Positions 25,741-39,485 of a DNA stretch of 64,000 nucleotides are shown here, piece by piece (position 1 is the stretch's first letter; each line of letters opens with the position of its first letter). The stretch comes from Amoebophrya sp. A120. Its lineage: Eukaryota > Protista > Dinoflagellata. Below the pieces are notes generated by a model. The model did not search any database and had not been told where the DNA came from. It saw nothing but the letters and a program-made list of their open reading frames with translations. The stretch lies in contig CAJINV010000001.1 in NCBI GenBank assembly GCA_905178155.1, positions 6,543,860 through 6,607,859 of the forward strand. The letters are read 5' to 3'. A program made the position numbers and the translations under genes.

Positions 25741-26336
25741 GATTGGCGTCTCGAGTAGCAGGGGCAGATTTCTCACACCCTTGCTTTTCCGTGCTCATCA
25801 CGCCCAAAAATACGACGACCTTGCTTTGATAGCGCGGCTGCGACAGATGACCACGCATCGTCGAGGATGGCAGTAGATGCAGCTGCTTTCTTCGGTTCGG
25901 CTTCGGCTTGGAAATGGGAAGCGCGAGACGAAGGGCCAAGTAATTTGATCAACGCATGTAAAACGGCGCAACCACGGTAAAGCTAAAAATCTTCAAGTTG
26001 CCATTGCATTTCTATGTTGTGCAAAACATTCGTGTTCCGGGTTCGACCACGATGGAAACTTTGTAAGGTCAAAGATCAATCTGGCTAGCTCCACGGTGCT
26101 CATTTTTGAGATCTCACGTTTCACTTTGAGTTTTACGACGTGACAAAGTTCTCCATCGAGGAACATGCTTACTGCACAGGGCCAGTATTGCGTGTAGTGA
26201 ACTACTTTATTTTGTGAACCGAGAATCATTTTCATTTCTCTTCTCTCGCTTCGTATGGTATTGGCATCAGACATTCACACTCATCAGTGCGGTCGCAGTA
26301 AGAATTTGTTGCCATCCACCACATCAAGGCCACAAA

Positions 26337-29300
26337 ATGTCGAATAGCGATGGCAAATCGAACGCGACGGCGAAGAAACGGGGGCGGTGGAACAAGCAAG
26401 ACAGGCCACCCGGCGACGAACCCGCTCCAGCGCGCGCTGCTGGGGAGGGCAAACCAGGACTAAGTGGCACAGCACGAGGAGGCTGGCAAGCCTTGGAGGC
26501 ACGAGCCGTAGGAACTGAGCGGTTTGCTACAGAGCCTGAGCCTGACGAAGCGGGGAAAAACAAGCAAACAACCGAAACGCCAGATTTGCAGCCTGCCCGG
26601 AAAAATTCTGACGATATGAGCGACATGGACATCCCACCAGAAACAGAATGTCATGACGAACCGGTGTCTTCGTCATGGTCCTCGCGAGCTGCTGCTGCAT
26701 CTCAGTTGCCTGATGGACCAAAGCCACCACCCGACGCGCACTACGGATTTATGGGCATGGCGATGACAGGCGCAGGCCTGCAAAATACCGCGTCGACGTC
26801 CTCCTCAGGGTCGCAGTTGCTCCGAGAGGCTGTTGTTCTACCACAAGTGGCGTCGGGAGCTTCCAAAGCACAGCAAGCCGATGATGGCGGAGGGACGACA
26901 CACAGTCCTTTGGAAGCGGACGGTGGGAGGATTCTGACCGATTTTGAGTTGCACCGGCTCACTGCCGCGAAACGACACAAACGAATATTTGACGAGAACA
27001 AGGGATCTAATTCTGTGTCTGGATCAAAAGCTCCAGTTCGACCACCTAAGCAAGAAAACTTCTACAACACGTATTCGAACCCTGGTTTTGCTTTTACCGA
27101 CAATCAAACCTCCTGAAAGGGGCAGCGACAAACCCGCACACCAATATGAGCTACTTCCTCCAAAGCCCGTCTGCGTGACTTATTCTCAACTGTAACTATT
27201 CCTGTTCAGGTCTCCGCTTGGCGACATGCAAGAAGCACGCGAAGGTGAGACAGCAGGAGGCGCCGCCAGCACTACAGCAGGACACCAGCAAACCGGCCAC
27301 GGTGCGGGCACTGTGGAAGCACATCGGGAGCACGAAGAAGTCGCGGGGGCCTTCAACGGCTCCGATGGGTTGGTCGAAGCACTACGTAGAGAAGGTCGTC
27401 GCGAAGCAGCAGCCGTGCTCGACCTTCAACGCCTCGGAGTTCGTCGGCCGTGTCTCAGACTCGAGTGTTGCGGCGCTAGATGCGCCGATAGCTTTGGAGG
27501 AGTGGAAGGCGGCGGTTAAGGAGGTTCGCGCGGGTTCCGATTCCCAGTCCTGGAGCAAAGAAATTTTTACCGCCCTCGACGACGACCTGACCCAGTTGCT
27601 TCTGGACTTGCTCGCGCAGGAGCTGCGGGCGGGGAACGGCCTTCGGGGCATCGACGAGAAGTTTAGGCGCGCGAGGGTCTCGCTTTTACACAAACGGGGG
27701 CGACGGGACTCGTTGGACAACTACCGGGGAATCAGTGTGGTTCCGTCACTCTGCAAAGTTTTGGCACACATCATGACGCGGCGGCTGCAGAAATTAATCT
27801 TCGACGAGGATTTGGCGGACATTGAAAACTACGGATTCGCTTCCGGGCGCAACAGCTCCGACGCTATCGTCCTCCTGAGGCGATTGAAAGAAGACGCCGC
27901 CGAGTTCGCCGATTTGGAGCAGTTTTGTACGGTCTGGGCCTCGTGCCTGGACTTACGCAAAGCTTTCCCCTCGCTTTGCTGGTCTGTGACGCAGGATACG
28001 GTGACCGCCTTAGGGATCTCCGGCACCCTGGCGTGGTCCGCTCTAGCTTCGTGCCATCGGGATGTCGTCTGTAGGGAGGTGCGGGAAGGGGTAGATTTCG
28101 GCCTACCCCTTGGCCTGCAAGAGGGGTGTCCGTCCTCACCGTCCTGTTTTAGTTTGGTATACGCGGTGGTCTCGACCGCAGTCCGCCGCGCCCGTAGTAA
28201 ACTCCCCCCCGCTGCGCCGAATCTGGATAGTTCTGGCGTTCTCCTCAAGTACCCCACTGGGGATTTTTTCGCGGCCAACGAGAAGGAGAAGCTGGAGTTC
28301 CTCCTGCGACCGTCCCAGCAGTCGTCGTGCGGACAGACCCGGCTGGGGACCGTGAAGTTCGCCGATGATACCAACTCGTTTGGTGAATCGGTCTCCGGGG
28401 TGGTGGACCGCTCGGTGGTGGATTCCTGTTTGAACGTGTTAGCCTCTGCCCGCATGGAGGAAAATGTGGACAAGCGCATCGAGGGGCAGTTGGACCAGCT
28501 GGACTGCGGGTTTTTGGGCGTTTCGCTCGACGACACCAAAGACACACGGAATCGCATCAGCAGATCATGGAAAGCTTTCTACGGTGCTCAGCGGCACTTG
28601 GTCGGGTTTGGGGAATTGAATAAATGGCACAGGCGAGCGGTGGTAGTTGCTCTGGTCCGCGGTGCAATGTTGTATGGGGCGAACGGCCGGTCTTTTTCGG
28701 CGCAGGAGCTCAGCGACCTCACTGCTGCTGACAACGCGATCCTTCGGCGGTTGTTCAATCTGTCCCTGCCCCAGATGGAGGTCATGAAAGTTTCACACGG
28801 CGACCTGCGGGAGCACATCGGCGTTGCGCCGATCTCCGCGGAGATAGGTTATTCTAGGCTGTCACACGGGGGGCATCTGTTGCGGCGCGACCGGGACTAT
28901 TTGCCGCGCAAGGCGTTTTTCGGCCGTTTTATTATCAGTGCTGTGGACCCCAACGCGACCCCGGATCGCAATCCCGAGATGTTCCTCCTGCCACGACGCC
29001 CATCGCGACTACCATCTGTGTACGAGTCTTTCATTGAGGCGTGCGCGGCCGCACGAATTCCAGTCCAGGAGCGTGCCGGGTTTGCAGTTTCGGAGACTCG
29101 CAGGGATTGGCTCCTGCGTACGAGGTCGTGGTATATCGATGCCACGATGCAGCATTGGTTTTTCGCGTCCTGGCGTGACGCACTTTCGCAGCCGCGCGTT
29201 TTAGTTGCATATGAGCGGCTTTTGAAGAAAAACGGAATTTCGCGTGAGGAGTTTGATGCGGCGTACGGCGATCGGGCACGGGTCGGCAGCAAGCGGGCGA

Positions 29301-29884
29301 CCCTCAAAGTGACTCCGAGCTTGGCGGAGCTGCGTGCGAAACAGACGGTACTGAAGGGCGAAATTTCGGAGCGGCAGACGGGCGAGCTTGTGCGGAACTC
29401 GGGCGGAATCTACACTGCTTGCAAGGACGGAATAGGCGCCCTGTGGTGCAACCAGTGCGCGGCGGCGCTTGGTGGATCTTTGCGGGCCCTGTGTGCCCAC
29501 CTCAAGTTGCACCAGGAAGACGACTTCGTCCGCATCGTCGCGGAACGCGATGGGTCCTACACACCGGCCGAGGAATTCGCGTATGGGAGGTCGGGCCAGT
29601 GTATTCTGTCGAAATACAAGCCATCGCAGCGCTTTGTGCTTCCTCCGCAGCGGTTTCTCAACGGGGCAGAGGCGTCGAAGTTTAGCGCCCGACAGCTGAT
29701 TTGTCCGCACTGCTCGACGCACTCGATATCTTGGCCGCGCGATTTCCAGAAGAAAGTTGGTGCGTCCCGACGCATGAAGACGCACGAAAAGAAGTGCTGC
29801 GCGCAAAGAAAGCTCGATTTGAAATGCGATCCGATTCTTGAAGATGAAGATGAGAACGACACTAGTGACGTTGCGGAGAGTTGA
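26337..29884 (+). CDS. Non-LTR (LINE-type) reverse transcriptase with C-terminal zinc fingers, no endonuclease; probably spliced to an upstream low-complexity exon
   Basis: RT motifs KRG..DNYRGISVVPSLCKV, YGFASGRNSSDAI, CLDLRKAFP, GLQEGCPSSP, FADD, FLGV and LPRKAFFG. C2H2-like WCNQC..HLKLH and CPHC..HEKKC. A candidate phase-1 intron 27085-27209 joins ORF 26337 in frame (NPG|LRLATC). Confidence 0.85.
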
Positions 29885-30032
29885 GGAGTTCGATAAATTG
29901 GTAGTCTTAGTACACGACGAGCCACGATGTGCGAAGCTGCAGTGACAAAACCCCGAGATGCAGCTTGAAACGAACTCGAACCCCAACCCCTCCGCACGTC
30001 CCCCCCTAGTGCAGGATAAATGATGATGATGA
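27210..30032 (+). mobile_element. LINE-derived segment ending in a 3' stem-loop and (TGA)4 tail
   Basis: Uninterrupted RT ORF, short 3' UTR, hairpin tccgcac..gtgcagga (29991-30016) and then atgatgatgatga (30020-30032). The 5' boundary is uncertain and no TSD was found. Confidence 0.65.
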
Positions 30033-30494
30033 ACAAGACTAATCGGAAAGGTTGTAAGGATGTACAAGCGTCGAGGAAAAAGATCTCCAAAAACCTGACA
30101 TGTTTATGTTATCGCGTCGTGTGTGGTTGAGTAGAACATCGAGGAGTAGAATGACGTCGATCACAAAAATTGACCACTCCGCTGCATGTTCATCTTTTCT
30201 TGATTTTTTTCGCATGTTCTTTGCATTGCTTTCTTTTACTTTTTTGATCACGTTCGCGTATTTGATCTTATTGGTCAACACAAACTGAATTTTCATTTGC
30301 AAAAATATGAGAATGTGTACATGTGCTTCTAGTTCTACTAGTAGCGAAACAAGTACAAGAGCCAACAAATAAAGCGTCCTGGTCGCACCACGTGAAGCTG
30401 AAATACAAATCGCGCTCTTTTTTTGAACAATCTGTGTGCGTAGTAAACGTGTCTTACAGGCATAGGCAAGTTAGCCGCGCAGTAATATCGAACA

Positions 30495-33400
30495 ATGTCG
30501 CGTCCGCCCGGCGCTGCTCCCGGCCACGAGCTCAGCATGGAGCTGGAGCTTCTCGACCGTGAAGACGAGAATCGAGGTGACGTAGACATGTCGGACGTCG
30601 AAATGAAAACACCGGCGTCCCGAATGTCTGACGAGGTTTATCACAGTGACGAAGGCGATGAAAACGCGAAAAACGCTACGAGCGGTAGCTTCCGTGGATC
30701 GAGCAGAAGGACTAGCAAGAAGAGCAGTCGTCGATGCAGTGAACAAAGTCAAAGTGAAAGTGTAGGTGGAAGTCTGCTGGACAAAGTGGACCCAGATGAA
30801 GCGAGTGCAGCTGTCGCACCTGTGCGGAAAAAACCGCGGCTCTCCGATGTCGTTGCAGACATGTTCAGCAACCCCGCAGGAACGAGTGCGAGCACCGGCG
30901 CTGGAGAAGCCGAAGATGATACACACGCAAAGAAAGATGATCCTCACGCAGGACGAGACACCACGGATCAGCAATTGCATCCAGTAAACAAGATGACAGG
31001 TCTCGAGAACGACACCGAAATCAACCGTGCGAAGTCAGCGTGCCCACTCGCTGGAATTCTCGACAGCGCGATTCCGGATGACTTGCTTGATGACGTCGAT
31101 GAGGCTTCCGGCATCAGAATTAGTGATGACGCGGAACATCTTAAAGTACAACAAGAACAGGCTGCTACAACATCTTCTTCTTTAAAGCGCCGCTCAACCG
31201 CCGATATCGAAGTAGAACAAGAGCAAGAGGTGCCCCGAACAAAAGATCCCAAAACGCAGGTGGTGCGCAGCAGCGAAGAAGAAGAGAACGCAAACGCAAC
31301 GGCAGCAGAGGGGCAGAAGAAGCTCAAAGTCAACAGCAACACAAATACTCTGGATCAACATTCGACCAAAAAGATGTTCCACTCAGCCATTATAGCCGGA
31401 TCGAAAGAAGAAGAGCTTTCTGCCAAACCTGATGATGGCGAACTTCAATCTTCTGCTACTTCTCCAGACAGTATCACCTTCGCGAAGGAAAGAGAGTGCA
31501 AGGATTGCACGCCTATCTTCGACAAAGCCGGCATGATGGACAGCACCCCGAAGACGGCTGAACCTAAATCTGCTACTGGGACGCTAACGACTACAGACGT
31601 GTGGAAGAGCTTGGAAGCTTTACAGAACGGACCTGCACTTGCGACGGAACTGCGGGAGTTGTTGGAAGAAGCTGTCGACGATCCGGCAGATGCGTTGCCA
31701 CCGCTGCAAGACTTTCTGCTGCAAAAACGCCAATCGCTCCAGTCGCACTTTGACGACCTTGCGAAAGAGTACAGTGACTCTCTGCCGGCACTCGGACTGT
31801 TTTGTGGAAGCCCACAAACATGGACCGCGAAGATTCAGCATACAGCGGACGCAAAGCAGCAGAAGCGATTGATACGCAAATTCCAAGACTACGCGCAAAA
31901 TTTTCCGGACAAAGCAGCAACGGTCGTGCGGGAGCTGGGCGAGTCGCCGACCTGGCTTCCGATTCCAGAGTGCTGTCACTACGATTCCGCTTTCTTCCAA
32001 GATCCAGAGGTAAAGCAGCTTTTCGCGGACCTGGAAAAAGCAAAAATTGCACAAGGGAGTGCACAGCAAGCAAAGGTCAACACCAAATTGCTTCCGGAGC
32101 TCCGGAAAGCCAATCGCGCATTTGCTCGCGCGTGGGTGGGACGAAACAAGCCTACACTCCAGTGGATCGAGGAAGGTCCGCCTGATCTCGAAGATCCGGC
32201 TTTTCGGACTGTGCGTTTGTCGCAGATCTCCGAGCTTTTTCGCTCCATGCCACTTTTCACCCTCCACGACTACAACCGTGTCTTCATGCGGAAAGAACCG
32301 GAGGAGTTGAAAGAGGTATTTGTTGCATCCCGCACTTTTATTCCACAGAATAGGATGAAGCAAGGACAAGGAGATTGAGCACGCAGTCCGGAATGTTTTC
32401 ATCAAAGATTTTGCAAAGTTCTCTGTCCTCGTGTTTTTAGTTTTTGCTCGCACCTTTTTTTTTCACGCGTCGTAGCTCTTTAATAGTCGAGGAAAGGCGA
32501 CGTCCACTCTACTCTTGTTCTGAAAACCTGAACCTTCAGGTCGTCAAAGCCTGGGTGGAAAACCCTGACTCGCCAGACCGTGCCCGTAGCCTGTTGTTTC
32601 TGGTGTTGAACCTGCTCCGTCGACGGGAATCCTGGGATGCTTTCCTGGAGGTCCTGCAAGCGCAGGTATTACACAGCGATCGACTGCGTGATTTCTTCCT
32701 CGACGTCGTCACCTGTAAAGGACTCTTCTACATCACCTCGCAGCACGCTGACGAAGAGTTGCGAGCGAAACTGTTAATTGACTTCGCAAGTACCAATCCG
32801 GTCCCGCTGGTGTACCCGACGGGCGAAGTGAACCCCTTTGTCTACCACGTCTTGCGGGAATCTGTTGGTGTGTTCTCTTTCGCTGTTGGATCCGAGGCTG
32901 CGCAGCCGGCAACCGGAAAGACGCAATTAGTGAATGATCTTCTGGGTACGGAATTCAATGTTTCGAGACGCCCCAGTGTGATCTCCTTCGGTACCGTCGA
33001 CGTCGATACCGGAGCGTCCTTTCAACCTGATCGAAATCTGACCGTGTTCGACGCCCACGGCTTGCTAGACCCGAGGTTCTTCCCCATGCTAAAAGCAGCA
33101 GCGCATATCGTGTTGGTTCACATCAATGCGCAAGAACTACAGCACCAGCCTGCGGCTTTCGTGTCCTCGATGGAGGCGCTAGCGAACGCGCGAGCCGAGT
33201 GGCCGGAACCAAAGCAAGTCTTTCTTCTCATTCGTGATGCCGTGAGCGAAGACCTGTCCGAGCATGACGCGAAGGAGCTGTGCGGCCGCTTCTTTGGGCA
33301 GGCCGATGTTGTCATGACAGGCAGCGGCGGCGATCGCGCTTCCCCGAGCGCTGCGGCGCGTCGTGACAGCGGCGCCTTCAGGTCCTCAACGCTGGAGATC

Positions 33401-36400
33401 GTACTCATTCCCGACCTCCGCGACGCCGAAAGTAGACTGGACCTCCGCAACTTCAAATGGTACAACCTGCGGCCTCGGATTTTGGCCGCAGTTACTCGGG
33501 AAATCGACCTTTTGCGCTCCGTGTCCGGAGATGAGCGCAAGAAGCTGATGCGGAGGCATCTCACACAGAAAAAGTTTGTTGATTCTGTTTTGGAACCTTT
33601 TTCCCCGGCACCCGTGCATCGCAGCTATGCCCTGATGAATCAATTGATCGGTGACTTTGCGACCGAGCTCAAGCGCCATGCGAATGATTTCTACGGACGT
33701 GAAGTTGTGCCAGTGCGGTACATGCTGCGCGAGCTGCGAGACGTGGAGCGAACTCTGTACAAAAACTTTGATTCCGGCATGGAGGATGAGCTGACCGCTG
33801 CAAAGCAAGCACGCGAACGACTGTGTGGAGAACTGAAGCGTGCCACGCTTTCTCCGTTGTTGCAACTCTTTCTGCGTCTCCTTTCCCAGCCGAACGCGGT
33901 GACTATCGTTTCCGAAGTTGCCTGGCAGCTGAAGTTGTTTGTGGAGCGGAATACCAAAGCGGAACTGTCTGAACGCGAAGCACTGCGCCGAAATGCCAAC
34001 CGTGCAGGCGGAGAAAACGCTGGCGCAGGAAAAGCACTGGAAGATCTCTCCAATTCGATCGACCGAAAAACGTGCAGTATCGAGGTACTGTTTCGCGAGC
34101 TCAGCTTCCTCTGCGAGTACACCGAGAGGTTCCTGTTCGATCTGGAGCCGTCGGTTGCAAAAATGACCGACGAGTCTGCTGGCGAACGTAGCCATTCGTC
34201 TGGGAAAGCTTCAAACGGCAGTAACTCCGCTCAAAAGCGAAACAATAAACGACTCCTTGACTCTCCAACCGCCAGTGGTGCTTCAGCCTCATCTGCTTCG
34301 CCGTCGACCAGCTTTGTCTCGCGTGAACGCGCAAACCCGATCGAGGCACTGCAATCTTTTGTGGGCGTGGGCGAGCCCTTTGAAATGATCGATGGTGACA
34401 ACTTGAAATTTGCGATGAAAACACTGGAGCAAGTGTTCCACAAATTCGATGGTAGACGCGTGTTTGTTTTGTCGGTGCTCGGCCCGCAGTCATCGGGAAA
34501 ATCCACGCTCCTCAACTTTCTCTTCGGTTCGAAGTTCGGCACGGGCACAGGCCGGTGCACCAAGGGCATTTACGCAAATCTGATCAACATCGAGCACGAG
34601 CACTACGACGCCATCTTAGTACTGGATACCGAGGGGTTGCAGAGTGTGGAAAAGGACGACGAAGAGTTCGATCGGAAAATCACTCTGTTTTGCCTAGCCG
34701 TCTCTCACCTGGTAGTAGTGAACATCAAGGGCGATATGCACAGCAGTATGAAAAAGCTCCTCGAGATTTGTGTGCTCGCCCTCGATCAACTGCGCAAGGC
34801 GCGCATGGGAACTCCCCACGTGCAGTTTGTTTTCAATCAGAATTCCAATGCAAAGAAAAACCCGTTTGCGAAGCAAATCGAGGACATCACGAGCGAAATC
34901 CTGAATGCGCGCCCGGACGCGCACGACGTTGCGCGAATCATGCAGGTCAGCGACCCCGACCTCTTTGTCTTGTCCTTCGCCTGGAACCTGCGGTCGGTCG
35001 AAAAAAACGCGGACCAGGGTCAGATGGAGGACTGGTGCCAGAGCAAGCCGGTCAGCCAGTTTGCTGTTGAGGTCAACCAAATTGCGCGTCGGATGACACA
35101 AATCATGTCGGAGAAGGAAGATGCTCTCAAAAAGTCCGAGCACCAGACAAAACACTTTAAGCATCTGCTGCCCTGGTTGGAGATGGCGTCGAACATCTGG
35201 TGCGCCATCGAGGCCAATCCCGAGCTGGTTTCGTTCGCGGACTTAAAGCATATGAAGGACGACCGGGACCTGAAGCAGAAAGCAACAGAGTGGGAGCGCG
35301 AATTTCTCAAAGACAAGCAAGCAGAACAAGAGCAGCTCGTCCACAGACTGGTGGACTCGCAGATCGACAAAGGCAAGATCTATGTGCGCAATTATGTCGA
35401 GAGCCAGCTTGCAACAGTGCAGCAGCGCATCCGAGAATATTTCGACGGCGTCTATGCCAGCATCGAAAAGCGCCTCGGGCGTGTAGCGCTCGAGAAGGAC
35501 TACCGAAAACAGCTCGTCGACGTCTACAAGCGAAATTTGCGGGGCCGCGTTGACCAATACCAGTGCGAGGTCCTCAACAAATGCTACACGACAGTGCAGG
35601 GGCTGAAAGCAGAAGTCGGCCGTTCCACTGGCCACTTCGAAATTGAACAAGCCATGCGAAAAATGCTCCAGGTACGCCTGTTTGTATACCTCCCGCCATA
35701 CTAATTTAGCTTTCAGATGTTGCACTTGCAGCTCTTTTTGGTTGTTATGCGGTGATGTACGAGTATGCAGCTTTTACTAACTCCTCGAAGTTTTTTGTCT
35801 GTGTCGTATGATAAACCGCGCCATTAATTTCGTTTCAGGCCGCCGATCCGACCGAAGCCGGTGCCGAGAACGAGTTTGACCGAGTCTGGGATGACATGAT
35901 TACCAAACGCGAACAGGAGTTGAACGTCGAAGAGATGGAGGGCCAGCTCTTCGATCACATGAAGACCCTGTATCGACAAGAGCAGCAATTGCCCGCGAAG
36001 TTCACTACGAATCTCGAATTTCAAGACAAACTTCGCCGCCTCGCAGGGTCAGAAGCCTCTATGCGCGACGTTTCCTTCGAGCTGAACGCAGAATTTTTCA
36101 GCAAATTCACCGACGTTCTGAAACCCCGGATTGTGTCGCAACACTACAACAAAATGACGCCGCAATCGCTTCAGGTCTTGCACACTGAAAGTACCTACCT
36201 TCGTGTCCTGGACTATTTCGAGCCTGTGAAAGCAGTTTACGCATTTGAGGTGGATCCGGACGCTGTTAGTCAGCAGGTGCAGTGGGATCAGTTTTTACAG
36301 AGGATCGATACCATCTTCAACAGCTTCGATGCCTTCGTAGAAAGTTCCTACGAGCGCGCCAAGCAGCGACTTGCGCAACTAAACGACTGCTTTGACGACT

Positions 36401-39400
36401 TGTGCGTCTGCTTCGAAACGGATTTCTTCAGTAAGTTGAATGGCCTTATGGCGGCCTGTCGCTATTGGGAGAAACCGAAGATCACATACCATTTGAGAAA
36501 TATCATCGGCAAGTACACCTGCCTCGCCAACGTGTGTCCTGGAATTGACGTTTTTCCCATCCGGAAACTCAGCGCTCCCGAATACAGGAAAGTTCTGCAG
36601 GACAAAGATCATCCCGAACGGCAGCGCTCTGCTGGAAGATGGACCTTCATTACCGGAAGTGTCAGACCCTTTGGCGAGATTGTTTCGCACTGCCTCGCTG
36701 ATAAACACGTTGACTGGGCTGCCTTCAAAGGCGACATCGAACGAATTGCTCGCGCGGCGAAACTTGATAAAAAGAGGGAAGCTATCGATGACCTCCAGTG
36801 CTTGTCCCGGTATTTTCAAGCACACGGCTGGTTTTTCTGTGACGATTTTTGGACGAAGATGGTTGCGATTCTCGACCAGGAAGTTCATACGTGGCCATGG
36901 GCAACTCGCAACACGCATATCGACAAGGCGAAAACGTTGGTGCAGGGATATGTTGGAACCAAACACGAAAGAAAGTCACATCCACTTGTTCCGTACGGAC
37001 GCGGAACAAACATTCGGTTCCAGCGCTCTGACGTTCCAAAGCTGCCGTGTGCGCAGTTCCTTCGTAATCCGGCCGCCATGTTTCAAGAATTTCGAAAGTC
37101 GCTTAGCCCGCCTTCGTTTGATGACGATGTGTGCTGTCCGCGGGGTCTTGCTGCAGTCAGCGGTTCCGAAATCCATATGCAAATCAAGCCGCAGCACGTG
37201 GAGGCTTACGGGCATGGATTGCAGTACTTGCTGAATCCGGCTGCTTTTCCGTCGCACATGCAGAAAGAGGCGCTGACTCAATTGGCCCGCCTCGTCACCG
37301 ACAACCTGAACGGCGGCTGGCCGCTCGTGCTGAAGGATCTCGGAGAAGCCATCAGGAAAGAAGTGAGCCTGGAAGACTGTAGCGGACAGGTCTCCGTGTC
37401 TTCTTTTTCTGCTGCCCTCGTGAAGCTGATCCACACCAAAGTGTCTGTGTTTGTACGGGACCGCATTAACGAGCCCCTGGCGAAATTTGGACTGGAATTG
37501 GATATGGACGGAGCTGCAGCCGTGCATACTTTTGCGCTACTGCAGAGCTGGCGACTTCTCGCTGACGGGCAGCGGCACAAGAGCATGCAGAACATTCGCG
37601 AAATGCAGCGCGATCGCGACAATTGGAAGAAGTACTTCGTCAGCAACGTCTGTGCCAAACCGATCGAGCAAAGCAAGGCCGTCGCAGAGTACTTTGTGTC
37701 TGGAATAGTGAAAAACTTCCTGCACTTTGCACGCAGCAATGGTGCGGAAAGCATCAAGGCACGGCTTGAGGAAGACGAAGAAGAATTTAACGCGAAGACG
37801 ATTCAAGCGAAGCTAGACGACGACTTGCTCTTCAGCGGTCGCGGTGAAGAGCACCTGGCCGTGGAGTACATCACCAATCAGACGGAGTACGTCACGAACG
37901 TCTTCGAGGAACAGTTTGGCACTCTCTTCAACAGCCTGAAAGACGGGGTGGTTCTGGACACCAAGCGCACGCTGCAGAAAGGACTGGCTGAATTACGGGA
38001 CGCCTTCGAGACCCTGCGTCAGTTTCTAGAAAAAAACAATCTCCAGGAGGCGCAGAGCGAATTGCTTTTCAGTGCGGGCGTCGAGGCGATTTTCGAGCTA
38101 GAGAAGGAAGAGACGAACGTTTCTGCGTACAACTTCATTGTAAGCTTCTGCTTAGCTGGTGATTTGGGCACCTACGGTCGCTTTAAGGACCTCAAGGACA
38201 CTGCGTGCTACGTGGACATCGTGACGCACCGAGATACCACGGGATCTACCAAGGGGATTCCCATGCTGTATTTCCATTTTGATTTTCAAAATTTTCTTCC
38301 ATTTTCTATTGTTTTAAGCTCGTTACATCAGCATCACTTGAATTTGAGATGGTACACAGCACGAGTTCCCCTTCATGATTCTCCTTTTCACGTGACAGGT
38401 ACCATTTCTGCACGGAGGCGCTGGACAAAATTGCCGAACAGATGATCAAGCTAAACGAGTTCACCTGGAGCATTGTTGACATGGGACTGGACGATCTGCG
38501 CGCGTCTTTCAAAAATAGATCCATTGGATGCCCGAACGCGTGCCCGACGTGCGGTCGCAAGTGTGACCAGGATGTGAATGACGTTGCCCACAAATGCGGC
38601 TGCTCTCTCGGGCATCAAATTCGTGGTATGTCCGGCATTCGCTTGGAGAACGACTTCGCGTCGACGGAGACCTGCGACGAGATCAGCGACGACCGCCGGA
38701 TCCTTCAGGAGGACAGCGACATGTCCTGGAAAGAATCAACCTGGTACGAGATTAAGCAACAGTTTCCGAACTGGGAGTACTTCTCGTTGGACGAAAAAGA
38801 TGCCCGGTATGAGCGAATCGTCAAGTTTCGGAAGGCGTGGGATATCTACGGTTGCGCCTTGTGTAAACACTACAACTCCACCGGAAATCCGATCAAGTTT
38901 CGCGAATACCAGAAATACAAGGAGGGCGCCGGCGGAGCCACCCACTTCATCATCATCCTGGATGAGTCCGGCTCCATGTGTGGTGAGCGATTCGAAAACG
39001 CCAAAAGTGGTGCCCGAACCTTCATCCAAAAGCTGTTCGAAAAGGGGGCGGGACCTTCGCGCGTCAGCCTGGTCTTCTTCGTCGACGACTACCGCGTTTT
39101 GTGCCAAGAGGGCGGCAGTGAAGCTGCATGCCTGCTCGACAGCAGCGGGTTCCGGAGCGGGGGTACAGTGAAGGAGATTGAAGCCGCGCTGCGCGGAGCG
39201 ATTCACTGTATCGAAAACTCGTCGAAGAAGTGGGGACGCACAGTCATCGTGCACTATACCGACGGTGGCGGCTACTACCCGGAACCGGAAGTAACCAAGC
39301 TCAAAGAAATGAAGGAAACGCACGGGATCTCTTACCAGTACTATGCGATCTGTGAGCAGACTTACCATAGCGTGTTGCAACAGGTGTGCACACAGTTTCA

Positions 39401-39485
39401 TCCAGAGGACCCTGATAGCCATCTTCGGACCGGGATTACGCCAGACGGATTCGGATCCGCACTTGCAGAAATCATGCGCAGCTAA
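30495..39485 (+). CDS. Very large inducible GTPase (VLIG/GVIN/URGCP family) with C-terminal vWA domain, ~2820 aa
   Basis: GT-AG introns 32316-32539, 35672-35838 and 38268-38398, all frame-consistent. G1 GPQSSGKSTLLNFLFG, GRCTKG, G3 LDTEGL, an upstream degenerate P-loop ATGKTQLVNDLLG, Cys-rich GCPNACPTCGRKC..HQIRG, and vWA MIDAS FIIILDESGSM..GGT..YTDG. Confidence 0.88.
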
